NCBI GenBank assembly: GCA_030141605.1
Contig: JAQGDQ010000009.1
Location: 1,364,001 to 1,428,000, forward strand
Origin: Tubiluchus corallicola
Lineage: Eukaryota; Animalia; Priapulida
Direction: 5' to 3'
DNA: 64,000 nt
Part shown: piece by piece, positions 1 through 15,000 of the stretch
Layout of the letters: the number at the start of each line of letters is the position of its first letter
How positions within the stretch are numbered: the stretch's first letter is position 1
Notes under the pieces: generated by a model
What the model was told of the DNA's origin: nothing
Database searches by the model: none
The model's input: only the letters and a program-made list of their open reading frames with translations
Program-made: the position numbers and the translations under genes

Positions 1-3000
1 TTACAGGTATGTGCTTTTCCTTGCTAGAACAGTTTATTTGCACTAGTTTTTCATATTGAATAGACTGTCTGACATCTTTGGATAAACCAAATTTGGGTTT
101 TTGATGGACTTAGAGTTAATTTCCTGACTAGATAAAGAGCAATATACTGCTAGAGATTATATGACTAAACTAAAATGAAACCGTATGCTTCGCCATGCAA
201 GGGTCACTAAAAACAACCTGTATCTGATATCCTGAATTTAGAGGCCTAATGTACGCAAATGTACTAACAGCAATTGACATGTGAACCGTTTTTTACATGT
301 AACATGATTCAGATGTGTGAGTCATTATTTGGGTTAAGTATTTCAAAAAGAAAACCAACCATTTTGAGTATTGTCCAAAAGCAGCAATCCTAGATTTAGT
401 GGAGACATATTTTTAGCTCTAACTAGAAATATATTATTAAAAACTCTTTCGGTATAATAAACAAGCAATGGTCTTGGTCATAACTAAAGACTAGAACTTT
501 ATTCTTAATTTTGCTCAACAAAATGGAAGTGCATGTTATATACAAAAAAACATTAAGTTTTATTAAAAATCGTGTTTTTATTTGTGTTACTAGGTAGATT
601 ACTATGTTACTAGTTACTTTATTAGTAGGTAAAAATATTTTATGCACATTGTTTGTTTAGGTAGCAAAGAGCGACTGCTGGAGCAGAAAATTCCAGCAAC
701 TTATCTTGCTTTGGAGGATGTCATCGGATTCTTGGTTGAAGAGCGAAGACAGAAGAAGAAAGATCCAGTCCTCCATGCTGAACAATATCGGTTTGTCACT
801 AAAATCTTTTCTTTTTCTCCTGTAATGGAATTTTGAGCTAAGCTGCTGTACAGAAAAATGCATTAGAGGTGTTTGATTTTTCATATTTCCAACCAGCTGC
901 TGATATTATTTTGTTCTTCTGTTTATATGTAATATATCTTTACATTTAGTATGCTGGTTATGCACGAGATGATGCAGCGATTTGGTATTTCATTCCGAGA
1001 TCTTGCTGAGCTTAATCAAGCCACATCATTTCTACATGAAAATGGTTAGTAGAATTCAAGTTATTAGAGCATTGGCAAAAACCAATTGGCAAGAACATTT
1101 CAATATGGTCTGGTTTGGTCAAGTTAATTTTTGTGCGGAAGTTTGTCCTTTGCTTCACCAGCTTTTTTCCCTTTTCTTCAAAATTGTGCTTTCTCTTGTA
1201 CCGCTTCCTGTCTCCATCCTGTCCATTTCCTGATGTTATCCAGCTAACACATTCTTTGTCTTCCTCTTCTCTTCTTTCCTTCTGCTCCCGAGAAAGTCAA
1301 GACCTACTTCTAAGTGTAGCCTCCTCCTTTCATCGCACATCTAAAATGTCTTTCTTACCTGTTTTTTTCTCGTTCTTTGAGAAAGCCGGAATCGATAATT
1401 TGATAGTACACAATATTGTGTAGGTAGTCATTGACTTACGACTTACGCAACTTACAACTTTAACCAGAACTTAATTAATTATACAAAACTAACTGTTATG
1501 ATAAGTTCTACCATAAGTGCTGTTTGTGCGTTCACACACTCAACATCTTACATGTAGGGTTGCACTGTTGGGTTCGATATGCGTCCTAATTGTCTTGCAG
1601 CCAATCAGCTAGAACCAGTTCGAGGTTGTGAGTCGATGACTACCTGTGTACTTATTTTCAAGTTTTTAAGAAACTATATATTCATATTATATTTTCATAT
1701 TAAATTTAGGAGTATTACTGCACTATGAAGATGCCACATTGAAAGACCTCTATTTCCTCGATCCTCAATGGTTGTGTGATATGCTTGCGCATGTAGTTAC
1801 AATACGTGAAATTAACCCTTTTGCAAAAAATGGTAAGGTATATTTCATCCGTAAACTCTTTATTTAATACCTTTAATTAATCAAAATTTTATAATCTCCT
1901 TAAATGTCTTTTCTTTTAAATGTATTTTGTGAAAGTTAATTGTCTTTTTTGTATTTGTGATATATGATTATGCCGTTTCTGTATTTTTGTTTCTATCACC
2001 TGAGTTTTTATGGTCTGCTGCAGGTGTTATGAAGACCGATGATTTGAAACATGTATTTAAATCTTCCAAATGTACATCTCATGACATTAAAACTTACATT
2101 CTGAATCTACTCAACAAGTTTGAGGTGGCATTAACTTGGGATAACCGTACTTTACTGATACCGTCTCTTCTTCCAAGCGAAGTTCAGTTAAACAATCAGC
2201 AAGCTGAGGTTAAGGTAAGTACTTTTGACAATAATTTGTAATTTTAATGCAGCTGTTTTATACTATAAGACAAAAAGAAAAACTACTATTGTCCCTGCAA
2301 TATTAGAATATCATGTTGAAAATATAGAGTGTTAGCAAAGTATGGTGTGTGGCTAACAGCAAGTCCTCGCTTTACGACTCCCCCGTTTAGCGACATTTCA
2401 TTTTAACGATGCTGAACATGTGACACCTTTTTTTTCACTTAACGACGTTTTAACGACAATTTTTTTTACTCTGCTCTAACCCAATTTTTATTTTATCAAC
2501 AACTTTTTTACCTAATTTGATGAAAACAGTACATATTGTGTTATTCTGTTCTAAAAACACACTTGTAACGTAAACAGTGCAATTATTATATAAGTTTACG
2601 TTTTTGTTTCCCAACTGTCCACTAAATGCTAGCCGTTTGGCGTTTGTATCAAGCGAGATCTGGGAGCAAACTCTATGCAAGGAATTTTGCCTGCAACCTG
2701 TTGTTACTGTAACCAGACTAGATAAAATTCAGCAAGGTCGCCCAGTGCTTGGCTTTGATTTTGCTGCAGTGACAGCAGTGTTTATTGTTTAACCGCTGCT
2801 TACTCTTAAATGTTAACGAAAGAGAAACTGCTAACTAGGTAAGTAAGGTGGTTTCAAGCAAACAGAAAGAAATTAATCAGTAGAAATGTGAGTGAAACTC
2901 ATAAAATCCTTAGTTTATATGATTTAAGCAGCATTGATTTTTGGTTTTGAACGTATATCAGTTCTTTTACGTTACTTTTTATGGAAACCTGGGCTTTGTT

Positions 3001-6000
3001 TAACGATGTTTCACTTAATGTCACGTTTTGCTGGAACATAGCTAGAGCAAACTAATATATATAATAGCCGAAAAACATGAAGATTTCATAAGAATTTTGT
3101 TTATGTGAATTACTTTTGGAAATGTGCATAAGCACAAAACACGTCGGGATTGATTGATAATCATCGGTTTTATATAAATTGCTGGTTGCTTTATCATTAA
3201 TATCAGATTTTTGATGCTGACTTCTATTTCATTAATGTAATATGGTGTAAGATTATGCTACTCTGCTGCTTCGTTTTTTTATTGTTCCATTATATTTATT
3301 CGTAGTTGATACTACATTAATCTCTGTTTTGCATCAGATTCCAGTAAAGGGGCAGCGTAAAACACCACTCTCAAAAGCATCGACTGTGGTTGGACAATCA
3401 GGGTTTTTTCTACCACTGGATTTACCAAAACCTGATGCATCCAAAGGCGAAGCAGTTTCTTTAGAAAGCCAGGATAAATGTATGTTGGCAGCTGTATTTA
3501 TTTCCGTTTAATTAAAGCTGATATTTTTAATAAACTTTTGCATTTAAAAATATTGTTCTTATTAAATTAATAGCAGTTAACTACATTTCAGTTTTTTGAA
3601 AATTTTTCAAGATAGCTTATATTGAGAAAAAAGACTTGAACTCGTGGACTAGTTTTGTACGATACTGACTGTATTTCTTCTATGCGCATGTCTCTTGCTT
3701 CATGATTTGTGTGTAAGTTATCATGTTGCTTTCTTGTTTCTTCAGCTTGTTTTGTGGCTCACAGGAGAAACCCAGCATTAGCTCTGCGTCGTTTGTACCT
3801 CATGTCCTATTTTCCATCTGGTTTCTGGTCACGACTCATTACTCGCATACTAGCAGACAATTCTCTTGTTTCCATGGTTACATCTGCTTTCGCAATTCCT
3901 GAAAATTTGCAAGAGGATGGTATGCTTCTGTCTTTGCTTGCAGTGAGAGCCGAATGGGTTTGTTTTCAAACTGGAATGGAGCTGGTTTATGCCGGTACGA
4001 AACTACTTTAATTTCTATTTCAATGTCCGTTCACACTGCAGTTGATTTTGTAATTAATCTTAAAGTTTTTCGTCGAAAAATGACACACAGACAGCCGAAC
4101 ATAACTAAAATATTTCATCTATCTCACTGTCACATCTTAGAGGATTATAAGGTATCATGCTGATAATAACAGGGTTCTAACAGTCAGGGAAAATCCTTGA
4201 AAATTCACGCTACCCTGGAAAGTCATGGAAAAGTCAGGGAAAAAGATAACTTGGTAAAAAATCAGGGAAAATGGGGCGGAAAGTCGGGGAATTGGAAAGA
4301 GTTGCAAAACTAATCACCGCGAACTGACATTTTTCCAAACATATTTTTCAGCGATTCGTGTTCGAATAAAATTTTGCTATGGCTGGGTCCCAGTTTCGAT
4401 TTCTGTTCCAAAAGTAATGATTGGCCGACACATTATATATCAGCAGTTGTATGAATGTGCTTACACAGAAATGTTTGAATATGTATTCCGGTAATGCAAC
4501 TTCTGCTTAGCCTGGTCATGGAAAATCAATATTTGGTCAGGAAAGTAGGGGAAATTTATTTTAAAATGGGAACCCTGTAATAAATTAATTTGAGGAAACT
4601 GAAGGTAAAGTGTTTATACAGTTCATTAAATTGACTTGTTCAAAGTTTAGGTATCCAAATATTTCACTCTTCTTCTAACTGTTATACTTTAATCTTACAT
4701 TATTTGCATAAATTATTTAAAAAATTAAAAATCATCATTTTACTGATGTATAGGTTCAACTCTCATACGCATGAAAGAAGTTTTGTGCAATGGAATCTTC
4801 AACACGTGCGATTATAGACAGCGTAAACTTTTACTGCAAATTGAAGATCACTGGTCTACAGTTGATGTTAACAGTTTTTCTATAATGGAGATATGCATTC
4901 CCAATGATACACTGGTTGTGAAAACAAAAACTGTTAAAGGTTCGTAATCTTTGAGTTTAGTAAAAGCTTAGAAAGTCATCATTAAGTGAGGGTAGCGATT
5001 TTTGTTTTGGGCTAATTAACGTATTTAGTATTTACCTAAGTGTTGTAACTGTTGCTAAGAGCAAGAAAGGCATGCTATACCTTTTAAGTTTAGACATTTG
5101 TATAAGGGTGTGGTTTTACTGCAGAAATTATATATTAACTTGTACCTATAAAACTGTTTGCTTTTGTTACAGGTGATGATCATGTGGTTGCGCTAGATTG
5201 CAACCCATCTTATGCTGCACATCTAATGGCTTCTACAGTAGATCATATTGATACACTGCTGGAAGACTGGTATCCCACCTTGGGTACTAGATTTGTCCAT
5301 ACATCAGAGGGTATGTAAAACTGTGCGTAGGATTTTTTTTACTTTAAAATGTAATTGTTAGTTTTTGATGATTTGACAGCATATCATTGCGCTGTGAATG
5401 TGGCATAAAAAGTGGCTAATTTTTTTTAAGTTGTAATAATTCTTTTCTCAAAAGTCTTAGATTTGCTTGTGTGTCATAAAATGTTTGAAAGGTAATTTCT
5501 GTATTTGTTTTTTTTTTGTTGTTGTTTTAGGCAAGTTTTTAATCACTCGTACCATTCCGTGCACACAGTGTTTAATTGAAGCCGAGCAGACTATTTCAAT
5601 GGATGCAGATAACTGGTCTTTAGTATCAACTGAGAAAAGCAGTGAAATTGTCTCTATAGAAGGTTCTGTTGCAGTTTCTGGTTCAAAGCAGAAGTCAAGT
5701 CAAGGTTTGTGTTGATTTATTTCAGGGGATTGCCACAATTTTTATTTTGTTTTTCTGTTCTACCTTTTTCCTCACAAAAGGCATGTTCAGACTAGCGAAT
5801 TTTCTGTTGTAAGTTTTCTCTCTGACAGCAAACTCGCAAGTGTGAACTGCTTTGTCGGCATGAAATTTCGAACTTCCGAAAGTTGCTGCTAGTTAGCTTT
5901 CTGTCTTGTGTTAAGGTCTCGACGAGTTGCTCTTGACACTTCTCACCATGAAGCAGCTTGCGTTTACCATTGGAGAATAACTCACAGCAACTTTTACTCT

Positions 6001-9000
6001 CTAGTCTGAACACTAGTTACTTGGAGACTATTAGAAAACTCACTAGTCTGAAGCGTAAAATTGCATGATTGAAACAAAATAACGGCATGAAAATATTCAC
6101 AGTGTGCATTTTAACATTAAAGATGAGTATATGCTATACAGTACACTGTATGCATTATTTGGAGAATTTTTGCTATTGATTTAGTTTGATTTGTGTGGAA
6201 AAAAGTTTTGAGATGTATACTGAGCACACTGTAGAGCCATTTGTCGTTTTGTTTGTTTTTTTTTTGGTGTTGTGTTTTGTTGTGTGTTTGTTGTTGTTGT
6301 TTTGTTTGTTTTTATTGTACATATTGTCTGTGATCTTGAAGTAAAAGTGGAGACAAGTGCATTTAAATTACAAGGTGCATGAATTACACCAATTGTTCAG
6401 TCTAGTCTGCTGTCTGTAGAAAAAACACGCATAAATTTTAGTTTATTTTACTAATTAGTTTGAACGGCATGCATCATCTAAATATTTCTGCTAAGTTGGA
6501 TAGCTGTGGGCTGACTCTTTAATTGCTGTTCATAAAAATTGTGAAAGGTGTAGTTCATACTATTTCATTCATTTCAGTAACTTGAAAGTGAAAAAAATAT
6601 CACGGTAGAAATACCCGTGAACTGATACTAACAGATATAATTTTTGTACCACGGCATAACAGTATATCAACCCGGCCTTAGAGTACAGTGTATACAGTGT
6701 ATAGTGTATACCCTCTGTAACATTAGCAGTATTTGATTAAAGAAGGCGTTTTTCATTTGCACATTGGTGCTTTCTTTTTGTTATTTTTCATGATATGTTT
6801 AGTTTCTAGAGTAGAAGACAGTTTAGTGGGTGGTGGTACTTCACAGCCTGGTGCAGTGGGTGCTTGCATGTTCTATCTTTACTACTCACCTGTGTCATGT
6901 AGTGCACGTAAGCCAAATTATTTTACCTGCTAATGAGACTTTTTCCTGCTTGCTGTGTCTTTTTGTAGTCGTATGTAAATTAAATAAAGATTTTCCTAAC
7001 ACAAAATAGTTTAGTCTAAAATTCATTTTTCTCTCAAAAACATAAAGAAACGTTCTATCGCTGCATTCCTTCTTTTAAATATTTATTTTAACTGAAAGCG
7101 CACAGATAAATGTAGTAGTTTTTAGTTTTGGTTTGTACATAATTTTTAAGTACAACTGCTCTTTACCAGAAATGCAAAGTCGTTAAGTTTAAGATTGCAC
7201 TAGAAGTGTTGGTCTTTTCTATTTACAGAATGTCAAAGTTTCAACATAATGTGCATTAATGTAGCTATTTAGTGTTTACCTCTAGTGTAAGCAGTTAATT
7301 ACTTAGTACTGGCCTCATTAATGACGTTTGTGTTTAGAAAGCAAAAGCAGTCCTAGACGGTCACTGCAAGATGCATCTAGCATCCGTACTGATTCTTGTG
7401 ATACAACGAGTCGCCGGTCTACAGATTCAGCTGAATTCCTAGAGCGATTACGGCGCAAGCATATCAAGTATGTCAGATTTACGTTAAAGATGCTACGGTG
7501 TGGTTTTGTACGTTTAAAGTATTTGTCAAATGAGATGGATTAGTCTAATTTTTCTTTGTTTTCTTGATGAATCATGCCTACACTTACAGAATTCTGTGTC
7601 ATATGGAAGTAATAGGGCAAGTCGTATTACTTGTCTAAAACTAATCTATAAGACGAATGTGTCTTTCATTTTTTAGCTTATCAAAACATTTAAAGAATTT
7701 TTTATTATTACAAATAAAATTTAACCTTATTTAATAGTACAGTAGTCGCCGCTTAATAGACTCATGGTTAATAGACTCAGTCACTTAGTTGACTCATATA
7801 ACTTCGCTTAATTGACTCAATATTTTTCCTTCACGTACTTAATATAATATATACACATACTTTGTATGTGCCCAAACAGCCTTTCCTACTTTTATATCAT
7901 CTTTACTTCCCTTTTGTGCATTATATATGTAAAAACTATCGTATTAAGTACCGTTTTGTTTGTAATAACGTACGTTTATCATGCCTTAATACGCTAGTGT
8001 AGCAGTTTTGCTTTGAATTTGTTACCCGCTCACCCACTGCAATTAATCTTGTTACCCAAAGAATTTCTGGAAGCTAAGCATTGAATCACTTGCCTAGCAG
8101 TTTCCTTTTGATGCTCTAGTTGCAAATCAGGCTTTCAGGCTTAATCGTTTATCAGTCAAAGATGCTGGTACAGTAATCAGCCAGTATTCCTTGTGACTTA
8201 CAAGAGTAAAGATCATACAGCAAATAGGGGCATAGAGTTGAGATGTTTGAAAAATGGAGCACAAGCGTAAAGATCTAACAGTTAAGGAGAAACTGAAAAT
8301 TTTAGAGCAGTACGATAGACTTCCAAAGATGGGGCAGAGGTGTGCAGCAGCGCAGTTGAAAATTTCCCGAAGTACTCTCGGCAGAATTTTGAAAAAAATG
8401 ATCTGGAATTGAGCAGTCAGCAAGCCAAAATGAGAATTTAGCATCTAAGAGGCGACACACAGGAAAAGACTGTGAAGTGGAGTCAGCGTTAAAAGTGTGG
8501 TTTACAAATGCAAGAGAAAAAAGATGCTCAAGTGAACGCTACTTTAATGCAACAGAAAGCAGAAGATTTGGCAAAGAAAATGGGAAAGGAAGATTTTATT
8601 GCAACAGATGGGTGGTTTCAGCGATGGAGATGGTGTGAAAACATCGTGTACAAACGTACCCATGGTGAGGAAAAGGATGCTGATGTTCCAGTTGCTTTTT
8701 AATTTATTGTTAATTCACTTACATAAATTAATATTTTGAATTTTGCTTTCTAATTTTTAACTGCACAAAGGAATTTAGGCATTACTTCGTTTCTAAAATT
8801 GATTAAAAGCCTTTGCAGTGCATAGTAAGCTGATGACTCATACTTCTATAGCAGGAATACTACACCCATTGGTTAATAGGTTCAATCGGTTAATTGGGTC
8901 AAAACACGTCGGTCCCAAAGTGAGTCTATTAAGCGGCGACTACTGTACCGGGTTTCTTAGAGATTAAATAACTGTATGGTTGTCTTGTACAAGTTTGAAA

Positions 9001-12000
9001 CCACTATCTGTATGCAAGAAGCATTTAACAGTTTAAGTGGTTTAAATTGAAGTAATCTTAATTGTTTCAGTGCCGTTGAACAGTACGAGAACTTTCCAGA
9101 GGTTTACTGCTTCTTAGTTGAAGAATGTATCCTGGCTTCACATCAGGACAAAGGTGTTAAGTGTCCTAAACACGACATGTTATCATTGCCCAAGCTTGCA
9201 CCTGATGTGGTATGTTATCAGTGGACTAATTTAATAATTGTAATCTAATTAGCAAAACACTCAGTCGAAATCAAAATTAACTGCACTTTGCCCAAAGTGG
9301 AATAAATGGCAAAACTAGATTTCAAGGCACGATTAAGATCAATGTTAGTGAGTTCAAGACCAAAACCAATGCCAGATACTGGCAAGAATTGTCTACTAAG
9401 AGTCCAAGACTAAAACTTGAGATAGACAGTCTTCATTCCAAAACAGATCTTGTCAATTTATAAGTTGTTCAAGAGATTTCATATTCTTAGAAAATTTTTG
9501 TTCTTATTAAGCTGTAGCTGTTGACAAATGGGCAAGTTTAATAATGCAGTACTAAGGCGTATAAAATACACGTAGAAGAATTTGTTCATGGAAATTTAAT
9601 TTTATTCATTATTGATCTATATAGTGTTTCATTGATCTGACTGATAACGTACTCATAAAGCCTGACCAAATCAAGAGAGGAAAATTACTTGGACGAGGAG
9701 CATTTGGATTTGTATTCAGAGGTTATGTCACTAAAGTAAGTATTTCATTTAGAAATTAGAAACCTGAAAAAGTCCATTTTTATTTATTATTGTAATATTT
9801 TTAATGTATGACATTTTTTAGCAACATAACGACTAGAAAAATGGCATTTTGTCCACAGATAGTAAACTTCGTCATGTTAATGCAATTACAATTTTTACTG
9901 AATTTTAATACAAAACAGAACACTCAGACACAAAGTACATGTAGCTAGTAACAATATTTATTTGATTTGTTTTACTCTTAGAATGAATAATTTTTAGATC
10001 AGATGTTCTAGATTTTTGGCATTTTAGTTTTGCGAATATGTTCTATCATCCTGTATTTCAAAACGCCCAACACTTCTAGCTTTTGTAAGCATCTATTTCA
10101 TATGAACATGGTATTCCATTTCATTTTGATTTTTTATTAGGCAATTGCTATAACAGAAAGCACATCAGTTTATCTGAAAGGAAAGAAAAATCGTATTGAT
10201 GTTGCTATGAAGATGCTGCAGCCAACAGATCCAGGTATTGGTGCATCTTCATCAGCTCTGCAAGGTTACAAGGTAAGTAGTGTATAATAATTACATGAAG
10301 TTAACGTAAAGAAATATTAGTCTAGGTTCCATAGAAACTGAAAATGTTTGAAAAGTGCTTTGTTGAATGTGTTAATCTACTAAAAATCTACTAAGCAAAG
10401 ACTAACGTTTCATTTTGGTTATAATTTAGTTACATCTTTCTATGAACATTAATTAAAAGCCTAAGGAAGTTGTATTATTATGGATGGGTTGGGTTTTCAA
10501 TGCAGTTCTAGATTGTCTTTCTGGTTTTGTTAAGTGATGCTACTTTTAAAGAGTTAACTACTTGTGTTTATAACTTCATTTGCTAATATTAGATCCGTAT
10601 AACTTGTATTGTATCTTCTTGTGAAGTGGGTTGTTCAAATTTTTAGATTAGTATGAATTTCTTGTATAATTTGTATTAATTTGTTACAATCTGTAACATA
10701 AGTCGTTCTTTCAGGCGGCGCTGTCCAAATGGCAGCGTGATCCAGTGCAGTCAGCTTGTAAAGCTTACTGTACAGCTAGACAAGAACTGCGAATCCTACA
10801 ATCCTTACGGCATAAGCACATTGTACCGCTGGTTGGCTTGTGCATTAAACCTCTGAGTCTCATCTTAAGTCTGGCTCCTCAAGGATCTCTGGATGAGTTA
10901 CTCCGTGATTATCGACGCAGTGGTGCTAGAGTTAGGCTGCCCGTGTTACAGCGAGTTGTGATACAGGTTTGTTTAAACGACAGTGTTTTGAATTTGGTCC
11001 ATCTAATGTGTTTTTCACAGTAAATGATATGGTTATGATGTTGATGATGATGATGATGATGATAACGATGATGCGACATGATGATGATGATGATGATGAT
11101 GATGGTGATGGTGATGACACGACAGAATGATGATGATGATTTGATTCTAACATTAGTAATTGCTGTACAGATTTCTTATCTTCTAATGACGATGTGTTTT
11201 TGTGTATTGGGTTGGGTTTTTTATTGTTTATCCTGAATTGAGTGTTACTGTAAATAAATGGTTTATTATAACTGATGCATACATAAATCTTGAGAACATA
11301 AAAATTTTATTAAAGTATAAATGTTTTCGACTGCCCGAATTTTTTGAATCCTTGAATTTTCACTTCAAATATAAGCTTTTTGTACAGAACGTGAGGATTT
11401 CTTTTCTTACGTGAATTTTTTTATCTGCATGTTTTTGCTATTTACTTTTAATGTTTTTATACTAGATTGCAAAAGCATTAGAATATTTGCATCAGCACCA
11501 CATTATTTATCGTGATCTAAAATCGGAGAATGTTCTCGTCTGGGCTTTTCCGCCGCCGAATGATAACCACTTTGGCCCAAAGGTAAGGAGGACAAAGTTA
11601 ATCAATTATGTTGTTAATTTCTGAGAAACGTGCAACAGTAATAGCACTATTATATTATAAAGGCCAGTGAACACTCTTAGCTAACACAAATGAAATTGAA
11701 ACTTGAGTTAACTCTCTAAAAGCTTATTTGGTTATTTCTGCTTACCTCCATGTTGCGTATTGTTTGATTTAGCATAAGTTATAAAATATCACAGATATCT
11801 TTTATCAAATGGCAACTAGTTTTTTTGCAATATTAGCATATGCACGTAATGCTGAACAAACAAAGCTAATCTAAAAGGGCATAACGACTACATGCTTTTA
11901 AGTTGAAACGCTTCACTTTGATTTGACAATCAAAACCATAGACTACATGTTTGTCTGTATTTGATTATTATGTAGTTTTCCAAGCAAGAGGATAACAGCA

Positions 12001-15000
12001 TAGCAACAGTTATTACTGTTAATGGATACAGTGATTTGGAAGCAGAGGTTTTAAAATCCTTAGTGTTAATGTCCCGAGTGAAGTTAAAATTACTAACATT
12101 TCTATTTTTAAGCAACATCAAAGCATGTTGTGGCTGGCATGTATCACAAAGTTGTAAAATCACATTTTAATCTTGTGCTCACAGCTGCAGATTGCTATAT
12201 AACTGATGGTAATCTGCGAGGGACTGTTTGAGTGTAGCTTTAACATAAAGGGCCCTCTAGGTATTTTATTAGCAGGTGTTTCTTAGTTGCTTGTTCTTTG
12301 CCATCAAGTTATTTCGCATTTCATACTAATATGGGTAATATGGTAAACCTTAATGCATTTTGAAATTTAAACTCATTAATTTTAACTGTTAGTTTGTAAG
12401 ACAAATGCTGGTATAGAATAGTTTAATATTTTGCATTTGAAAAAAGGTAATTTAATGTGTTATGTGGTTGATTATTTATCCTTTTGTTTAATGTCATTGA
12501 TATAAGCATTTGGAATAAAGTGCTGCTTAAATTTGTGTTTTACTGATAATTTGAGAATGGTTGTGGAACAACTGAAACATCGTGATATGAAATATAAACA
12601 TCATATATGTAATAAATGTGATGTAAGTATGACAGTCATGAATGTAATTTTCTAAAACAAGTTCTTGTAATATGTAACAAAAGTGATTTTTGCATGAAAT
12701 TTGATTCGCCTTCAAAATTTAATTTGTTGAAGCTGCAGAGTAAAGAATTACTTAAACATTTGTATATGTGTACGCAAAATAAATGAAAACTATTACATAG
12801 TGAACTAACAGTTTTGTCATCACAGTTGTATATTTTTCATCTAGGTTGATGTAAAGTTAGCTGACTACGGTATCAGTCGTTCTACGCTACCTAGTGGTAC
12901 TAAAGGTTTTGGTGGCACTGAAGGTTTTATGGCTCCTGAAATAGTTAAATACAATGGAGAGGAAGAGTATACAGAAAAGGTTACTAATAATATGAACTAA
13001 TTTTCTTAATTTCTACTGTATTACGTCAGCCTAAGAACATTACTTTCAGTAATTAGCATTTTAAGCTTTCATTAATAGTGTGTTTGCTCATGTGTGAGCG
13101 TGTGTATGATTTACACAAACTTAGAATTGCCGGAGTCAAAATCTTTGCAACACTTTATTTTAACAATTTTTCATTAAAAACCCAGTTATTATAAAATTTC
13201 AGACATCAACTTAAACTATGCCTCTAGAGTGTGATTAGACTGGGATTGATGAAATAAATTAAATTTAACATGGGATATCCGAGCATTAATCATAATGCTT
13301 AGACATTTCGTGCTAAATTTAATTTATTTCATCAATTGTTATTTTACAACAGTTGTTTAAACTCTGACAGTAATAGATCTTTATAGTTTATCTCAGTATG
13401 TTGATCATATTGTTTTTCACACTGCAACCTGTTCACACTTGATGCCAGCATGTTCTTTATGTAGATGATCGTTATTGTTTTTTCAGGTTGATTGTTTCTC
13501 ATTTGGAATGTTCATGTATGAGTTGATTACATTACATCTACCATTCCAAGGTCAAGAACAAGTCAAAGATCAAATATTAGAAGGTAACCGACCTCAGCTG
13601 CAAGCACAGGTAGGAACTTTGGTGCTTTTCTTATAAAACACCTGTCACATTATTAACTGTAATAGTTGATTTGTTTTATGTTTGCGGCATCAAACGTGTT
13701 GTCATCCGTGCCATTAATTATCCCCTCGTTGTCAAATTATTAGTGTAGTTATTCTGTTTTAAATTTCTTTCATTGTTTATTGTATGGCTCCATGAAGTGG
13801 GTGGAATGAGGGCTTGAATAATAAGTTTTTGCTTCAAGTTTTATTGGACCTTAAGAAATGGTCCTAAGCTAGGCCAAGAACTTTATGATTGCCTTACATT
13901 TCTTTCATTTTTAAGGATACCTTTTATCCAAGCCATGTGCTAGATCTGATGACTCTGTGCTGGACGCAGCAACCAACAGATCGTCCTTCTGCCAGTCAGG
14001 TGGTTTCCATAGCAACCGCACCCGAGTTCTGTCACCTGCAGGATGTTGTGTCGTTGGAAGAGCAGACAAGTGTCACATGTGCAGCGGCTGTTGAAATTAC
14101 CGAAGGAGAAGGTACTTTGTTAGCTTTCTGGTGTTCACAGTGTATAATGTGATGAAAGTCGTTTGAAAACTAAAGTTAGATGAAGTTGATCTGTAGATTT
14201 TAGGTTAAAATAAATCATTTTACGTAGTTACATAGCTTATCTTGAATTGTATTTGCAGAGGAAGGTCTTCCACCAGTCCTTTTTGCAGAGGTATGGTTAG
14301 GTCGCCATGGTAAACAGCTTGACATTGTAAGCTGCAATCAGCAAGCTTGGCTTGATTACAAGGTAGGTTTCTCAATTTAATAAAACCTTATACATGTAAA
14401 TCTTGTTGAGCATTTTGTATAACACTTGGCAAGTATGATATTACATTTGCTATCAGTTTTTGTTACTCAAAGTGGGCTGTTTAAAAAAAGTGAAAAATGA
14501 ACAAGTGAAATCAAAATCAAAATTTTACCCAGTACCCAGATACTAAACACATGATTGTAATGAAATTTTATTGTAATATTGTCCATCTGATAACAGTTCA
14601 TTTAAGGTCCTCATCTCATCGGTACAACTCCAACAATGTTTGAATTGTTCGAAATATAGTGCAATAAATATTGTTGTAATATTAAATGTATTTCTGACAA
14701 ATGAGTCTTTAAAAGTGCACAGTTGAATGTTTTCAGAACTTCGAATTAAAAAACAATTAAGATGTTAGTTCATGAAGCAGAGGAAAGTGATGTTAAAAAA
14801 GTAGATAAAAATATAGGTGGAGTTTAATGTAAATGTAGTTGGAAAGCAGATGTTGTAAAATCTTTCAACAGCCACTCCGAACTTGAGTTGATATTGATGT
14901 TCGAAGATTTGAAGATTTTTTATTATTATTTGTAGACTCTTCCACTAGAAGGGATGTCAGTTAGCTGTGCTATTGTGGTTGACGATACAGTCTGGATTGG

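Noticed and set aside
10932-11153. ORF with poly-His/Ser/Ile
   Set aside because: Antisense translation of the (GAT)n microsatellite.
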